A stretch of DNA of 64,000 nucleotides from Pseudovirgaria hyperparasitica (Eukaryota): the NCBI GenBank assembly GCA_010093815.1, contig ML996569.1, one strand, 5' to 3'. Position numbers and translations under genes: made by a program. Below, piece after piece: positions 23,481 to 33,949 of this stretch. Under the pieces are notes generated by a model. It saw only the letters and a program-made list of their open reading frames with translations. It was not told the DNA's origin and ran no database searches. How positions within the stretch are numbered: the stretch's first letter is position 1; every line of letters starts with the position of its first letter.

Positions 23481-26375
23481 ATGGCTCCCACACACGACGA
23501 TATACCTGAAGAGGAGGACGATGTCATGGTGGCCAACGACACAGCTGATACTTTCTTGCCTCCCCCAAGAATTGCTGCCCGCTTCTACCGCGCTCCGAAC
23601 AACCGACGGAAATCTTCTGCTGCTTCATCTCGACGAAACTCCATTTCCTCAACTACATCACATCAATCGACGCGCTCTTATCGTGGAGGATGTCAGTCCA
23701 ATTTAGTCGCGCAGTCGCTACGACGTGCGTCCATACTCGAAACCAGGAAAGCAAGACTTGCAGACCGCGCAGCACACGCTGAGCAGGTTCGGTTACGGGC
23801 CGCTATAGCAAAGTCAAACACGAGGGCTTCTACCAGTGAGGAACGAGCTCTGGCAGCCAAACAAGCACGGGACAAACACCTAGCACAGGTTGCTGCATCA
23901 TGCGCTGAAGAGGTCCGTCGCGCTAAGAAGATAGCAGAGGACAATAAGGAGCGCAAAGCTGCTGAAGAGCGGAGGTATCGTCAGGAGATTGAAGAGAAGC
24001 ATGCTGAGGCTGAGAGGAGGCGGCTTGAGTACAAGCGAAACATGCGAAGGCCAAGAACTACCAGCACACCCTCGCCAGATAGCAAGAAGCCGACTCTGCA
24101 TGCTCTATCTCAAATATCTGAAAACGAGGCTGCTAAGCGGATTCAGTCGGTCTGGCGATCTCGTGAGCGCAGGAAGGCTGTTGAATCTTTCACCGGGCTC
24201 GGCCTCTCCATTGATCACATCCATGACACTAGCTTTGAAGACGTCTCAAAATTACTTGCCGACGAGAAGCTTCTTGCTGCTACTTCCAAGCTGCTTAACC
24301 TATTCAAGATACCGGGGACAGCGGATGGCCCATCAATCGATCAAACAGCAACTCGCACGTTCTTGAGCGCATATCTGATCCTGGGTCATCCAGCTGAAGT
24401 GTTGAGCAAAGATGGCGATCAGGAGCAGAATCTCATACAGCAAGCAAAGGAACTAGTCATGTCGTTCGAATCTGCATTGTCCGAACTGACTTCATCAAAT
24501 CGCTTCACACCACCTCCAACCCAGGTTGAAACCGTGCTCATGGCTCATGGTGGTTTTGTAACCGCTTTCAATGACTGGAAAGCACGCGACTCCACAGCTC
24601 TGGTCGAGACCATGGTGACCTCGTTTGTCAATCTTGATGCGATATGGCAAAGCATCAAGGACCAAACAGCCGCTGAAGTAGCGAATGACTATCGCGAGGG
24701 CATCCGTGACAATCAAGTTATTCTTCTCAGCAAGATCAGGAAACTAGCTGGTCCGGATAAGGCAAATTTCTTGATCAAGAAAGCTATTCGTGAGAGTCGA
24801 CGATCCCGAACCCGTCGGAAGCCTCTTGGCGATGTGCGGCCCCGAGTAGCAGTCGATTCCCCGACTGCTCTCGAGCTTCCCGATACGCCCTTCCACGACC
24901 CGGTGCAAGTTGATGCTACCTCAAGGCTGGATTCTCTGCGTGTGGAAGCTCCGAGCTCGGCAGCTGACTCGCAAAACACCGTTGTCTCTCAGCCCCACGC
25001 GTCATCTCTAGACGCCGAATCCCCATATCCAGGCCTGGGAGCTTCGTCACTCTCGCAACTCTTTTCCACAATGCCCTCAAATCGTATTCTAACCCATGAG
25101 CTGGCCATTGACAAGGATTACCGCATTGACCAGGCTCCAGCTTCAGACCTCAGGGATTCTATGAACCGTACTATATGCGATGGCATGCAGCGAGGCTTTG
25201 AGAATGGCGAGGGCGCACAGTGGACTGCTGCCATGGCAGAGAACATCAAGTCCAGACTGCTCAGACTGTTGCGACCTGGCACTTCGATGCACACTCTCAT
25301 TTCAGAGACTCTCGACCCACAGTTCGTTTCGAATCAGGCCTCACAAGGAGTGTTCTCATATGAGAAGTTCTTTGGCTTCATGTCCTCGATACTGCCCAAG
25401 CTATGCGCGCCATTTCGTGATGCACAGATCAAGGCACTCACGGAAGACTTGCAAGAGCCAGGTGACATGGCTGAAATGATCGAGAAGCTGTTCAAACTCT
25501 TACATGTCATCGACTTGCTCTCGCTTGACTATTCAAATTTCCTGCTCATGAATGCAGCACCAACGTTGATCAAGGAATCGGCCGGCTATGAAGAGCGAAT
25601 GTTCGCCCAAGATCTCGATGCTGGTACTATTACCTTGCAGCGCACGAAGAGGTGGTGGAGCAACGCCACCGTCAACATGTTGACCGAAGCAACGGGCGAC
25701 CGTCGTGATCCGTCTAACAGACCAACTCCGCAGAAGATATATTTTCGCGGCCTCGTCGACCTCTCTATGGCAAGCACTCCTCTACAACCCTCCGACGTCC
25801 CGGAAACCCTCGAACTCGACAAGGAACGCATCGCTCGTTTCCGCACCAACACCCTGCGCATCACAACCATCGGTGCTATCCTCCTCAGCGCAAAGAGCCT
25901 CCTGAAACGCGACGTCCGCTCGTCCTGGAAGCCCGAAGCAAGCCGCATGTGGGACATCCTCCAAGACGGCTATCTGAAAGACGAATCCATGCCCACCAAG
26001 ATCCTCTCTATCCTCGAGTCCTCCCACCCCATGCCCCCTACCACGCGCGCACAACTCGGCGGCACAGTGCAGAAGTTCCTAGCCCAAGCCCAGGCCGGCC
26101 GCCTGAATGACCCCGTCCTCAAGGTCATCTTCCAGCGTCTCAAGTCGCATGTCATGACTCGCGTCAGCGCAAGTAGCTCCGGCGAACGTGTCCGTGCCGC
26201 TAGCACGGCGAGCGAGGGCCTTGCGTCGTTTGGTCTGCCAGAGTTCATGAATCACGTTGGTGAGATTGTGGATGGGCTTGGCCGGATTGGCGATGTCGAT
26301 AGGCGTGCGCATGGGCCTTGGTACGAGCAGGTGCAGAGGGAGGTCGAGGCAGCGGGTGATGATCCTGTCGCTTGA
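23481..26375 (+). CDS. T-complex 11 (Tcp11/Sok1-related) domain protein with IQ-like motif and N-terminal coiled coil
   Basis: Long single ORF. IQ-like AAKRIQSVWRSRERR; Tcp11-type motifs RTFLSAYLILGHP, NRILTHELAID, LPKLCAPFRD, PETLELDKERI. The start is uncertain: ATG 23481 follows a CTGATCTCTCAG acceptor-like site, and an alternative ATG lies at 23442. Confidence 0.85.
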   Translation: MAPTHDDIPEEEDDVMVANDTADTFLPPPRIAARFYRAPNNRRKSSAASSRRNSISSTTSHQSTRSYRGGCQSNLVAQSLRRASILETRKARLADRAAHAEQVRLRAAIAKSNTRASTSEERALAAKQARDKHLAQVAASCAEEVRRAKKIAEDNKERKAAEERRYRQEIEEKHAEAERRRLEYKRNMRRPRTTSTPSPDSKKPTLHALSQISENEAAKRIQSVWRSRERRKAVESFTGLGLSIDHIHDTSFEDVSKLLADEKLLAATSKLLNLFKIPGTADGPSIDQTATRTFLSAYLILGHPAEVLSKDGDQEQNLIQQAKELVMSFESALSELTSSNRFTPPPTQVETVLMAHGGFVTAFNDWKARDSTALVETMVTSFVNLDAIWQSIKDQTAAEVANDYREGIRDNQVILLSKIRKLAGPDKANFLIKKAIRESRRSRTRRKPLGDVRPRVAVDSPTALELPDTPFHDPVQVDATSRLDSLRVEAPSSAADSQNTVVSQPHASSLDAESPYPGLGASSLSQLFSTMPSNRILTHELAIDKDYRIDQAPASDLRDSMNRTICDGMQRGFENGEGAQWTAAMAENIKSRLLRLLRPGTSMHTLISETLDPQFVSNQASQGVFSYEKFFGFMSSILPKLCAPFRDAQIKALTEDLQEPGDMAEMIEKLFKLLHVIDLLSLDYSNFLLMNAAPTLIKESAGYEERMFAQDLDAGTITLQRTKRWWSNATVNMLTEATGDRRDPSNRPTPQKIYFRGLVDLSMASTPLQPSDVPETLELDKERIARFRTNTLRITTIGAILLSAKSLLKRDVRSSWKPEASRMWDILQDGYLKDESMPTKILSILESSHPMPPTTRAQLGGTVQKFLAQAQAGRLNDPVLKVIFQRLKSHVMTRVSASSSGERVRAASTASEGLASFGLPEFMNHVGEIVDGLGRIGDVDRRAHGPWYEQVQREVEAAGDDPVA

Positions 26376-26418
26376 ACTTGAACTCGAACTTGAACTTGAA
26401 CTTGAACCTGAACTTGAA
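26371..26418 (+). repeat. (CTTGAA)n hexamer microsatellite overlapping the stop codon
   Basis: cttgaacttgaactcgaacttgaacttgaacttgaacctgaacttgaa. Confidence 0.9.
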
Positions 26419-28118
26419 TTTGGGGACTTGTGTGTCTTTCTGTCTCACATTTGGCGCTTTTGCATTGTAATCATATCACACTTGCTTCTTTTTTTTTCTT
26501 CAGACCTTCCATTAGCATTGTAGGGGGCTGGGCGTGGGCGTAAGCGTGGGCGTCTAGGAACTGCATATTCTTTTTTATCAGTCGTTTTTTCCCCTCCCAT
26601 TTTTACATATTTCACTGTTCTTTTTTTTTTCCAATCATTCTTGGGCTTGCCTTTTTGGGGATCATGCGGTATCAGATTGGTCATGACATCATGGGCTCTA
26701 TTCACGAGGACGGGGAGGGGGAGGAAGGGATGCAGTGGTTGTGTTCTGTTTCGATGATGACGTATGACGAGAGATGGGTTCAATGGGGGTCCTGGTCTGG
26801 AGGTGGGGAGTAAGGGGCCGAGCAGAGAGGATAAGGTTATCCGGCTTGGGTACGTACGTACGATGTACTAGAGCAGCAGCAGCAGCCAGCACATCCATAG
26901 CCAGTTTGTTTGGGAAGGGGAGGGAAGGGGAAATCGGGGATGACTTCGCGATTCCTTATTGTTTTAGACGTTGGTTTGCTTAAGCTCATATATGGGATAC
27001 TAGCTTTTGGGGGGCGTCAACGGTTTGGAAGTGGGTGCTCTGCTTACTTGCTCCTTCTCTTTTAGAACATATACATACACTCGCTTCCAATGGGGCGGAG
27101 CCATTTATTTACAAGAGAGCATTGCTCGAATTTACGATCTAACACGTAGAATGTCTGCTGCTGCAAGTGGGTTTTTTTCTCTATTATTCATCCATTCATT
27201 CGTTCTTTCGTCCTACTCGTGTGCCATTTACTCCTAACTGTGAGGTCAGTTTTGCCAGCTTGAAGATCGTCTTGACCTTGTTTTCATGTAACTTTACACC
27301 CTATAAGAATCTTCACGTAGCCGAGACAGCAATAGCGATAGCGACAGCGACAGGAATGTATAAGATATACTAGAGATTGGTTTACTTATTGATTGATTGA
27401 TCCTACTTACATACAAACGATAGACAGTCAACAAACTCAGACAGTACGCTCAGATACACGAGCGTGCAAGTCAAGCCGATGCATCGTGCTTTTTCCACCT
27501 TGGCATATAAACAGAAAATAGCAGACTGCGAAAGCCAGTCCTGAAAAGAAGTGAGGGCGAAGGAAGACACGTGTGCCTACTTCATTCTCGTTCCGCCCGT
27601 CCCATATTGTCCCGTATTACATCCTACCAACCCAAGGAAATATGACCATCGGCAAGGTGCATTGGATATACGCTAACATCAGCACAAAGACATATGCTTG
27701 GAGAAGTGCGGAGGAGTTGTCGAGATGGTGGCCGATGAGACTCTCGCGTCAGGCTTAGAGACCAGTAGCTTTGAGTCCACGAAAGGCGGTATTACGGAGT
27801 TGACAATTTATGTGGGCGTTATGAGACGAACAGCCGGATGGCGAGACGCAGGCGTTGCTCGATAAAGGGATTCGTTACAGTGCGCTGAGATGCCGCAGCG
27901 TCATAACGATAGCGACAATTAAAAGAAAAAGATTGTCGAACCGCTGATGCGTAATGAAAATTTAGAGTGAATGGCATGCGATGGGGTGCAAACGCGATCC
28001 ACAACGATATGTGGGTAGTAAGTGTATATTCTAATGGTCATTACGCCGGACACGATGGTCGTGAGAAATCGCCCTCAAATGCAGATGAAGCGGAATTATA
28101 AGAGCCTTGTAGCCAATT

Positions 28119-29330
28119 TTAAAAGTTCTGCGCAATGCCTGAGTTGCCTTGCTGTGGTACAACGCTGGGGTTCTCAATCCTTGTGTTCCTCCGAGCAGAT
28201 ACGTCACGAATGATAGGCTGGGGACCCGCACCGTAGGCATTGTCATAACCATTGCCTTGGTACTGGTCATAGTTTGTGTAATTTTCGTATGAGTTTCCAT
28301 TGCCTTCACCAGAACCCTCTGATCGGCCATCGTAAGAAGAGGAAGCATTTGACGGACCACGTTGAACACCACGACCGACTCCGGCTCCGGCAACAGGCGC
28401 TCCACCTAGCGCAGCGACAGTCTCTGAGTCCATGGTATCGTGGTGGCCGCCCACGAGAGGGTCTGCCGAATGTCCGTCCGACTGTGGAGGTGAGCCTGGG
28501 CTGTGACCGCCAATATATCCACCAGCTCCGGCGCTAGCACCGCTATCAGAGAATGGTGCAGTCGAAGTTTTGCCCTTGGATGCAGTGGTGGCATTTCCCC
28601 AGCCGCGGTAGCCAGAGGAATCCTCGGTCATCACTGTCGCAGCGCCCACTGCAGGCAACGTTGGGTCGTTATTCGGATTGAAGCCATATTCTTCCATCTC
28701 CTTGCGCCTGTCCTCTTCCGCACTCTTCTTTTGTTTTCTCCTCCTCCACAAGAAGAGACCAGCAACGGCAAGGAGCGCAACAGCAACGACGGGAACTACT
28801 ACGGCAATGGCGGTTGTTGCCGGTTGCGATAGTCCCCCATCACCGCCGTTGCTACCACCCGTAGCCAGAGCACCTGGTCCTGTTGTGGTGGACTGAGGGA
28901 CATCAGTCACGGACGGATCAGCACTTGTGTTTGGTATTTGGGATTCAATCGAAGTATATACCACGGTCGAGGGTGGTTGATCAGATCGCGACGGTGAGAT
29001 TATAATGGTTGACAGGACAGTGGTTGGCGGTATGTTGGAAATTACAGTCGACGTTGCAACTGGTGGTGGAGTGGAATTTGGTGGAGGTGACGAAGGAGTA
29101 GGTGTTGACCGGACACTCGATGGAGGCGGTTGCGGCGGTGATGAGGATGGTGGTGGATTGCTGGACGGAGGATCGCTCGTCGGTGGATTCGAAGGTGTAT
29201 CTGAAGGGCTCGCGTCTGATTCGGGCGCACTCGTTGGAGCTTGAAGGCAAGTTAGCAATGAGTGAGTGATATGCGAGTCAAGCACGCAATGAGATGTAAT
29301 ACCTGTACCATTTCCTGGGTTGGACGACAT
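28119..29330 (-). CDS. Ser/Thr/Pro-rich single-pass membrane protein (Mid2/Skg6-like cell-surface sensor architecture)
   Basis: ATG 29330, probable in-frame intron 29308-29240, S/T/P-rich stalk, TM AIAVVVPVVAVALLAVAGLFLW followed by RRRKQKK, cytoplasmic tail ending IRDVSARRNTRIENP...GIAQNF. Confidence 0.82.
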   Translation of the reverse strand: MSSNPGNGTGITSHCVLDSHITHSLLTCLQAPTSAPESDASPSDTPSNPPTSDPPSSNPPPSSSPPQPPPSSVRSTPTPSSPPPNSTPPPVATSTVISNIPPTTVLSTIIISPSRSDQPPSTVVYTSIESQIPNTSADPSVTDVPQSTTTGPGALATGGSNGGDGGLSQPATTAIAVVVPVVAVALLAVAGLFLWRRRKQKKSAEEDRRKEMEEYGFNPNNDPTLPAVGAATVMTEDSSGYRGWGNATTASKGKTSTAPFSDSGASAGAGGYIGGHSPGSPPQSDGHSADPLVGGHHDTMDSETVAALGGAPVAGAGVGRGVQRGPSNASSSYDGRSEGSGEGNGNSYENYTNYDQYQGNGYDNAYGAGPQPIIRDVSARRNTRIENPSVVPQQGNSGIAQNF

Positions 29331-31429
29331 TGTAACGGTATTTTGCACTTGACGCGCGATTGCAGCGAGTAGGCCACAAGGTGATGAGCTCAATGCGACA
29401 AGCACTTGGAGTGCTGAAGCGTTGTAGAGGGAAGTGTGAGGTTGGAATCGAGTTTATTACGGAGAAACAGGAGAAGGTGTGCAGCAGCGGGCGGAAATTC
29501 GCGTCCGCGAAGCAAGTAAAGGGGCGTGTCGACTATTCACAACAATGCAGACAAGGCAGTAAGGGTAGTAGAAGATGCGATAAAGAATGAAGAAGACGAC
29601 TTCGCCGTGCAAGAAGATTTGACGACGAGAGTCTTGGTAGACGGATGGATTGGTGTTGGAGAGATGGAGGTTGAGACTCGGGTTTGAAGGTTTGAAGCAG
29701 CTTGGGGCTCTTGGCTGTTCGAGCGGGCGACGTTCTTCCAATCAGGCAGGCGCGATGGTTGGATGATAACGAAGAGAACCCACAACACTGAGACCTCTCT
29801 GCCCCCCAGAACAAATGAGATCCAGGAAGCGCGATTTTTAATGACGTGCGATCCGTCGGCAAAGGGACAAGTAAGTGGATCGAATGCAACGGTGAAGGGG
29901 ATCGTTCTCACGCAGCAGAGGCAAAAAGACGTGGTGAGCAGCGGCTGAGGGGTGGTGGCTGACGGCTGACAGTTGATGGCTGATGGCCGATGATGGCAGC
30001 TTGACAGGTGCACAACACCAAGCTGGGGACTGGGGACTGGGGATATTGTGACTGGGGACTGGGAACTGGGGGACTGCCCCATCGGATGCAGTAATGCACA
30101 AAAACCCTTGATATTACTGAGCCGTCCCCGATAAGGGGGGATAAGGGATAAGGGAATGAGGTTTCTGCATGCACTGTCACAGTATGTAGATCATCACTAT
30201 CGACTTCCAGCGCATCGACGGCCCAGAAAATGATAGACAAGAACACTTACATTTTACTTGTCATATTACCTCTTCGTATACAATAACACTTATTCACAGG
30301 TATCTACCTGGAATCCCCCATCCAATACACTCTCTCCTTGACCGTCCACTTCAAAACGAACGTCAACTTCAAATCCATCACCAACGTCAAGCTCCAGCAT
30401 CCTATCCTGCCGGCCATCCGGACGACCATTATCCTGACGTGGCCAATGCCGCAAAGACTGCCCGTCTCAGCGACGATGCGAGGGCCCAAAAGCTGCAGTC
30501 CAGCACGCCGGCCATGCTTGGCGCAAGACGGTTCACTGCTGCCATCAAGATTCGTCAGGCTAAACTTTAGGTCAGTGCACTAAAACTTGCCGCGCGTATT
30601 GCACCGAAATTGGACATTCCTAACATTTCATCGCAATATTGCAACGACTTTGAATTGCAAGCCATCATGATGTACAAGAGTCACCTCTTTGATATAAGTG
30701 TGTCGTCTGCCTTGTACTCTGAACAGGTACAGAGAAGTTATCATTGTAAGAGAGCTCTAACCTCCACGAAGCCCGGCTCGCGCAACATCCGTAAAGTATA
30801 CTATTATTACTGCTAATCTTGGTCCGTGTCACGTGGAGACCGGACCTGGGCTGGCATAGGCAATGTCACATTAACGAGGCAAATCTCTGCTTGCCGAGGG
30901 CCGTGTGTGGAAATTCGATAGATTCTATTGCGCTTTAATACTGGTGTACTAATTCAATAGCCACTACGCACGGCCACGGCTGTGGCTGCGGAATGTAATG
31001 CTCTCTTCATTTCTTTGCACATCGTCGTACGTAACCGTGGCAATAGGAGAGGCCGCTTGGCAAACAACTATTGGTCAGTCGGATGAACAGTGATGGTGAT
31101 GCGCACGACCTGCTACAGCGGTTGTTTACATTACGAGGAGTTGGTCAAAGTACGGCACATGTTCACATAACAGTTTCCCTGCGTAAAAATAGAATTGAAT
31201 ATCTACAAAGAAACCAGCGATGAGCCGGACAAGAAAGAGGTGGCGTTGACAAGAATGTTTCCAGCCGGGGAATAATATCTAAGAAAGTGGTCCAAACACT
31301 GCCTGTCGCCATGCTCCAAATGAGTATGCTGCCTGTGACACTTCGCAACAGATAATTTGAACAAGAAATCGGACATAGATCCGGGTCATGAATCATAACA
31401 GAAAAGGATGTCACGTTGACTTATCGCCC

Positions 31430-32200
31430 TTAACCCATGCTCCAGGTGACTGGCAGGCGGCCTGCATCGACGTTTCCGTTAGAGATGGTGCTGAACATCG
31501 ACTTCGGCATATCAATATCGTTGTACGCACAACCTTCGCAGCGGTCGGTGATCTGAGCTTTGTAGGACTTGCCGTCATAGTAGATGGTGATTGGCTGTTT
31601 GCAGAATCCGTTCGCGTTAGGGTTGGCGCCCTGTGCCTTCGTATCGAACATTTCGTGGGATATGGCAACAATCCAATCCGACTCCGAATTGGTGACGCCG
31701 CAGGCTCCCATACCAGGAGTATAGTAAGTCATTTTGCCTGCATATTCACCAGAGCCACCACCAGTTGAAGGAGACTCCGGTGCGGGAGCAGGCGCAGGGG
31801 CAGGAGCCTGAGAATAAGGAGCTGGAGCTTGGGGGGCTGGTTCTGGTTTGACGACAGGCGCAGGAGGTGCTTGAGTCGGTTCGGGAGCAGCCACTGGAGG
31901 TGCTTGGCTACTTGGCGCCGGTGGAGGTGGAGGTGGGCTAGACGAAGACGGCGGAGGTGGAGGTGGAGTTGTAGATGTGGTTACAGGAGTAGGAGTTGCG
32001 GATTCGTAGAATTGAGCGCCGTTGTTCTCCAGAGTCGTCGCAACGTCGATGGGATCGACCCAGACAGTGGAGGTCACGACTACAGTCTTCGTGACGACTG
32101 CAGTATAGACGTCGTTATCGTAGTCCCGTTTGTCGACTGGGGCGGCATTGGCGAAGCCAAAGAGCGCAGCGGAAAGCGTGACGAGGGCGATGCTCTTCAT
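31430..32200 (-). CDS. Secreted expansin-like / RlpA-like double-psi beta-barrel protein (Asp f 7 allergen-like)
   Basis: Signal peptide MKSIALVTLSAALFGFANAAP, KR site, Pro-rich linker, then GKMTYYTPGMGACG...IVAIS...CKQPITI...ITDRCEGC...DIDM DPBB motifs. Confidence 0.9.
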   Translation of the reverse strand: MKSIALVTLSAALFGFANAAPVDKRDYDNDVYTAVVTKTVVVTSTVWVDPIDVATTLENNGAQFYESATPTPVTTSTTPPPPPPSSSSPPPPPPAPSSQAPPVAAPEPTQAPPAPVVKPEPAPQAPAPYSQAPAPAPAPAPESPSTGGGSGEYAGKMTYYTPGMGACGVTNSESDWIVAISHEMFDTKAQGANPNANGFCKQPITIYYDGKSYKAQITDRCEGCAYNDIDMPKSMFSTISNGNVDAGRLPVTWSMG

Positions 32201-32816
32201 TTTTGATGCAAGCTCTTCTATATGATAATTGTCGAGTCTTGTCGTTTTCAATGTTGCTGTGATAGCTGGTATGAATACTTGATAGCAGTGAATTGACTAG
32301 CAATTCCAATATACTATCAGCGTTGGTGGGCGAAAAATGCAGAAGCTCTTGATTAATGAGTGATCAAGGGCGCTGTACGTTTCAATGAATGACTAGAGAT
32401 ACTGGATCTCTGAAGCAAAAAAAGAATGTGGAAAACGACGATGAGCTCGTGGAGAGGCTTGAGGAGGAGACAAGAACGGGGGAGAAGGCTCAGGACCAGG
32501 ATTTTGTAGTCAGGAGCCACGACCACGACGCACACCTGGATCGTCGGACAGCGGAGCAGCCAGCAGCCAGAGTGTGTGTGTGGGGCGTGCATGGCGAAAA
32601 CACGAGCAGTGGACAGACAACAAACAACCAATAGTAGTTGATGATCTCCGGAAGACTCGTGGACTTATGGACTAGCACGCGGGCGGAAGATAGGATTTTG
32701 CCCGGGTTGCTTTGTGGCTTTGCGGTACATCATGCCAGTGCATTCTTTCGTCGCGGAGACGGTCTGTCGCGGTCGAGTATGACGAGAGTGAGTCGCCAGT
32801 GTTTCAACATTGTCGT

Positions 32817-32852
32817 GCTGCTCCTGCTCCTCCTGCTCCTGCTGCTCCTGAT
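32817..32852 (+). repeat. CTG/CTC low-complexity trinucleotide tract
   Basis: gctgctcctgctcctcctgctcctgctgctcctg; it explains the spurious poly-L/poly-Q ORFs nearby. Confidence 0.75.
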
Positions 32853-33949
32853 ACTGATACTGGTGTTGTTGCTGTCGTCGCCGTTGTAGCTCTTGTTCGA
32901 AGGACGCCGGAAGTCCCATCTCATTTCCCGTTAGGTATAATGAATTTTAGTCAGACCCAAGGTTCTCGTTCAATGAGCGTGGACCTGTTGTGCTTTGCTC
33001 AGGCCAGGCGTCGTCCCGATGAGGATAAGTCCAAACTCTTTCCCCTGACTAACTTAGCCTGGACCTTCGCTTACCTAACACAACCTAGCTCCCGAGGTCG
33101 TGCATCCTCTTCATTGGCGACATATCTCAGGTACCGTCAAGTCCATCCGCCACGCCATGAACTCTGCTGGCTGTCATCGTCGTCCTTGTTTAGGTACTTG
33201 GATATGCATGGCCGAGTCCCGTGTTTCATCTGGGCACGCCACCGCTGTGTCGAATCCTTTCTCGTTTTGCCTTCCTTGTGCATCCTGCCTACAGATACCT
33301 CGCCTTCGTGTCCAACCACCTCGTCGATGCATCAGGCCTGCACTTCGTCTCGCAGCCAGGTTGTGTCGTATCGTTGGCTCAACCCAACAAGTTCGTGCGT
33401 TGTCATATAATCCGGGACCGCAGTACTGTAGGAGTCCGAAGACTCACAAGGGTTTCCAGCAGCCCAGCTCTTTCGTGGATGTGAGACATTGCTTACACGT
33501 CACCAGTCAAGTCCGGTACGTCAAGGTTTTGGAACTTTGAGATCCACCCAGTCATGGAACTTGATGTCTGGAGGATCATGGCATCTCAAACCGCCGGTGG
33601 TCTTGTGCGTCCTGATACTTTGGTGGTCCATGGGCCTCACAGATGGACCCATCGCAGCCCTACTGTTATCCATTTCCCCCGCAGTCTCTTATCGTGAGTG
33701 GCACAACGTCGTGTCTTGCCGATAAATACTCGTCAAACATCCCTAGGACCCTAATTCTTGGTTGAAGTGCTTTCTACGACTGCAATGTAAAAGCCAGATC
33801 CACATCTCATTGGTGTGTATGGGCCGTCACATCGGGCAGGACTTGGGCAGACATTCCACTGGTCGGCCCGTTGGTCCATACTCGAAACGTTCCTATCAAG
33901 ACTGTCTCTCGTCAACATTCCCATCAAAGATGCGCTGACTGTGACCTCT

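Noticed and set aside
32712..33540. 232-aa and 146-aa intergenic ORFs
   Set aside because: Non-ATG starts, low-complexity repeat content, Ser/Arg/Cys-rich composition typical of non-coding frames.
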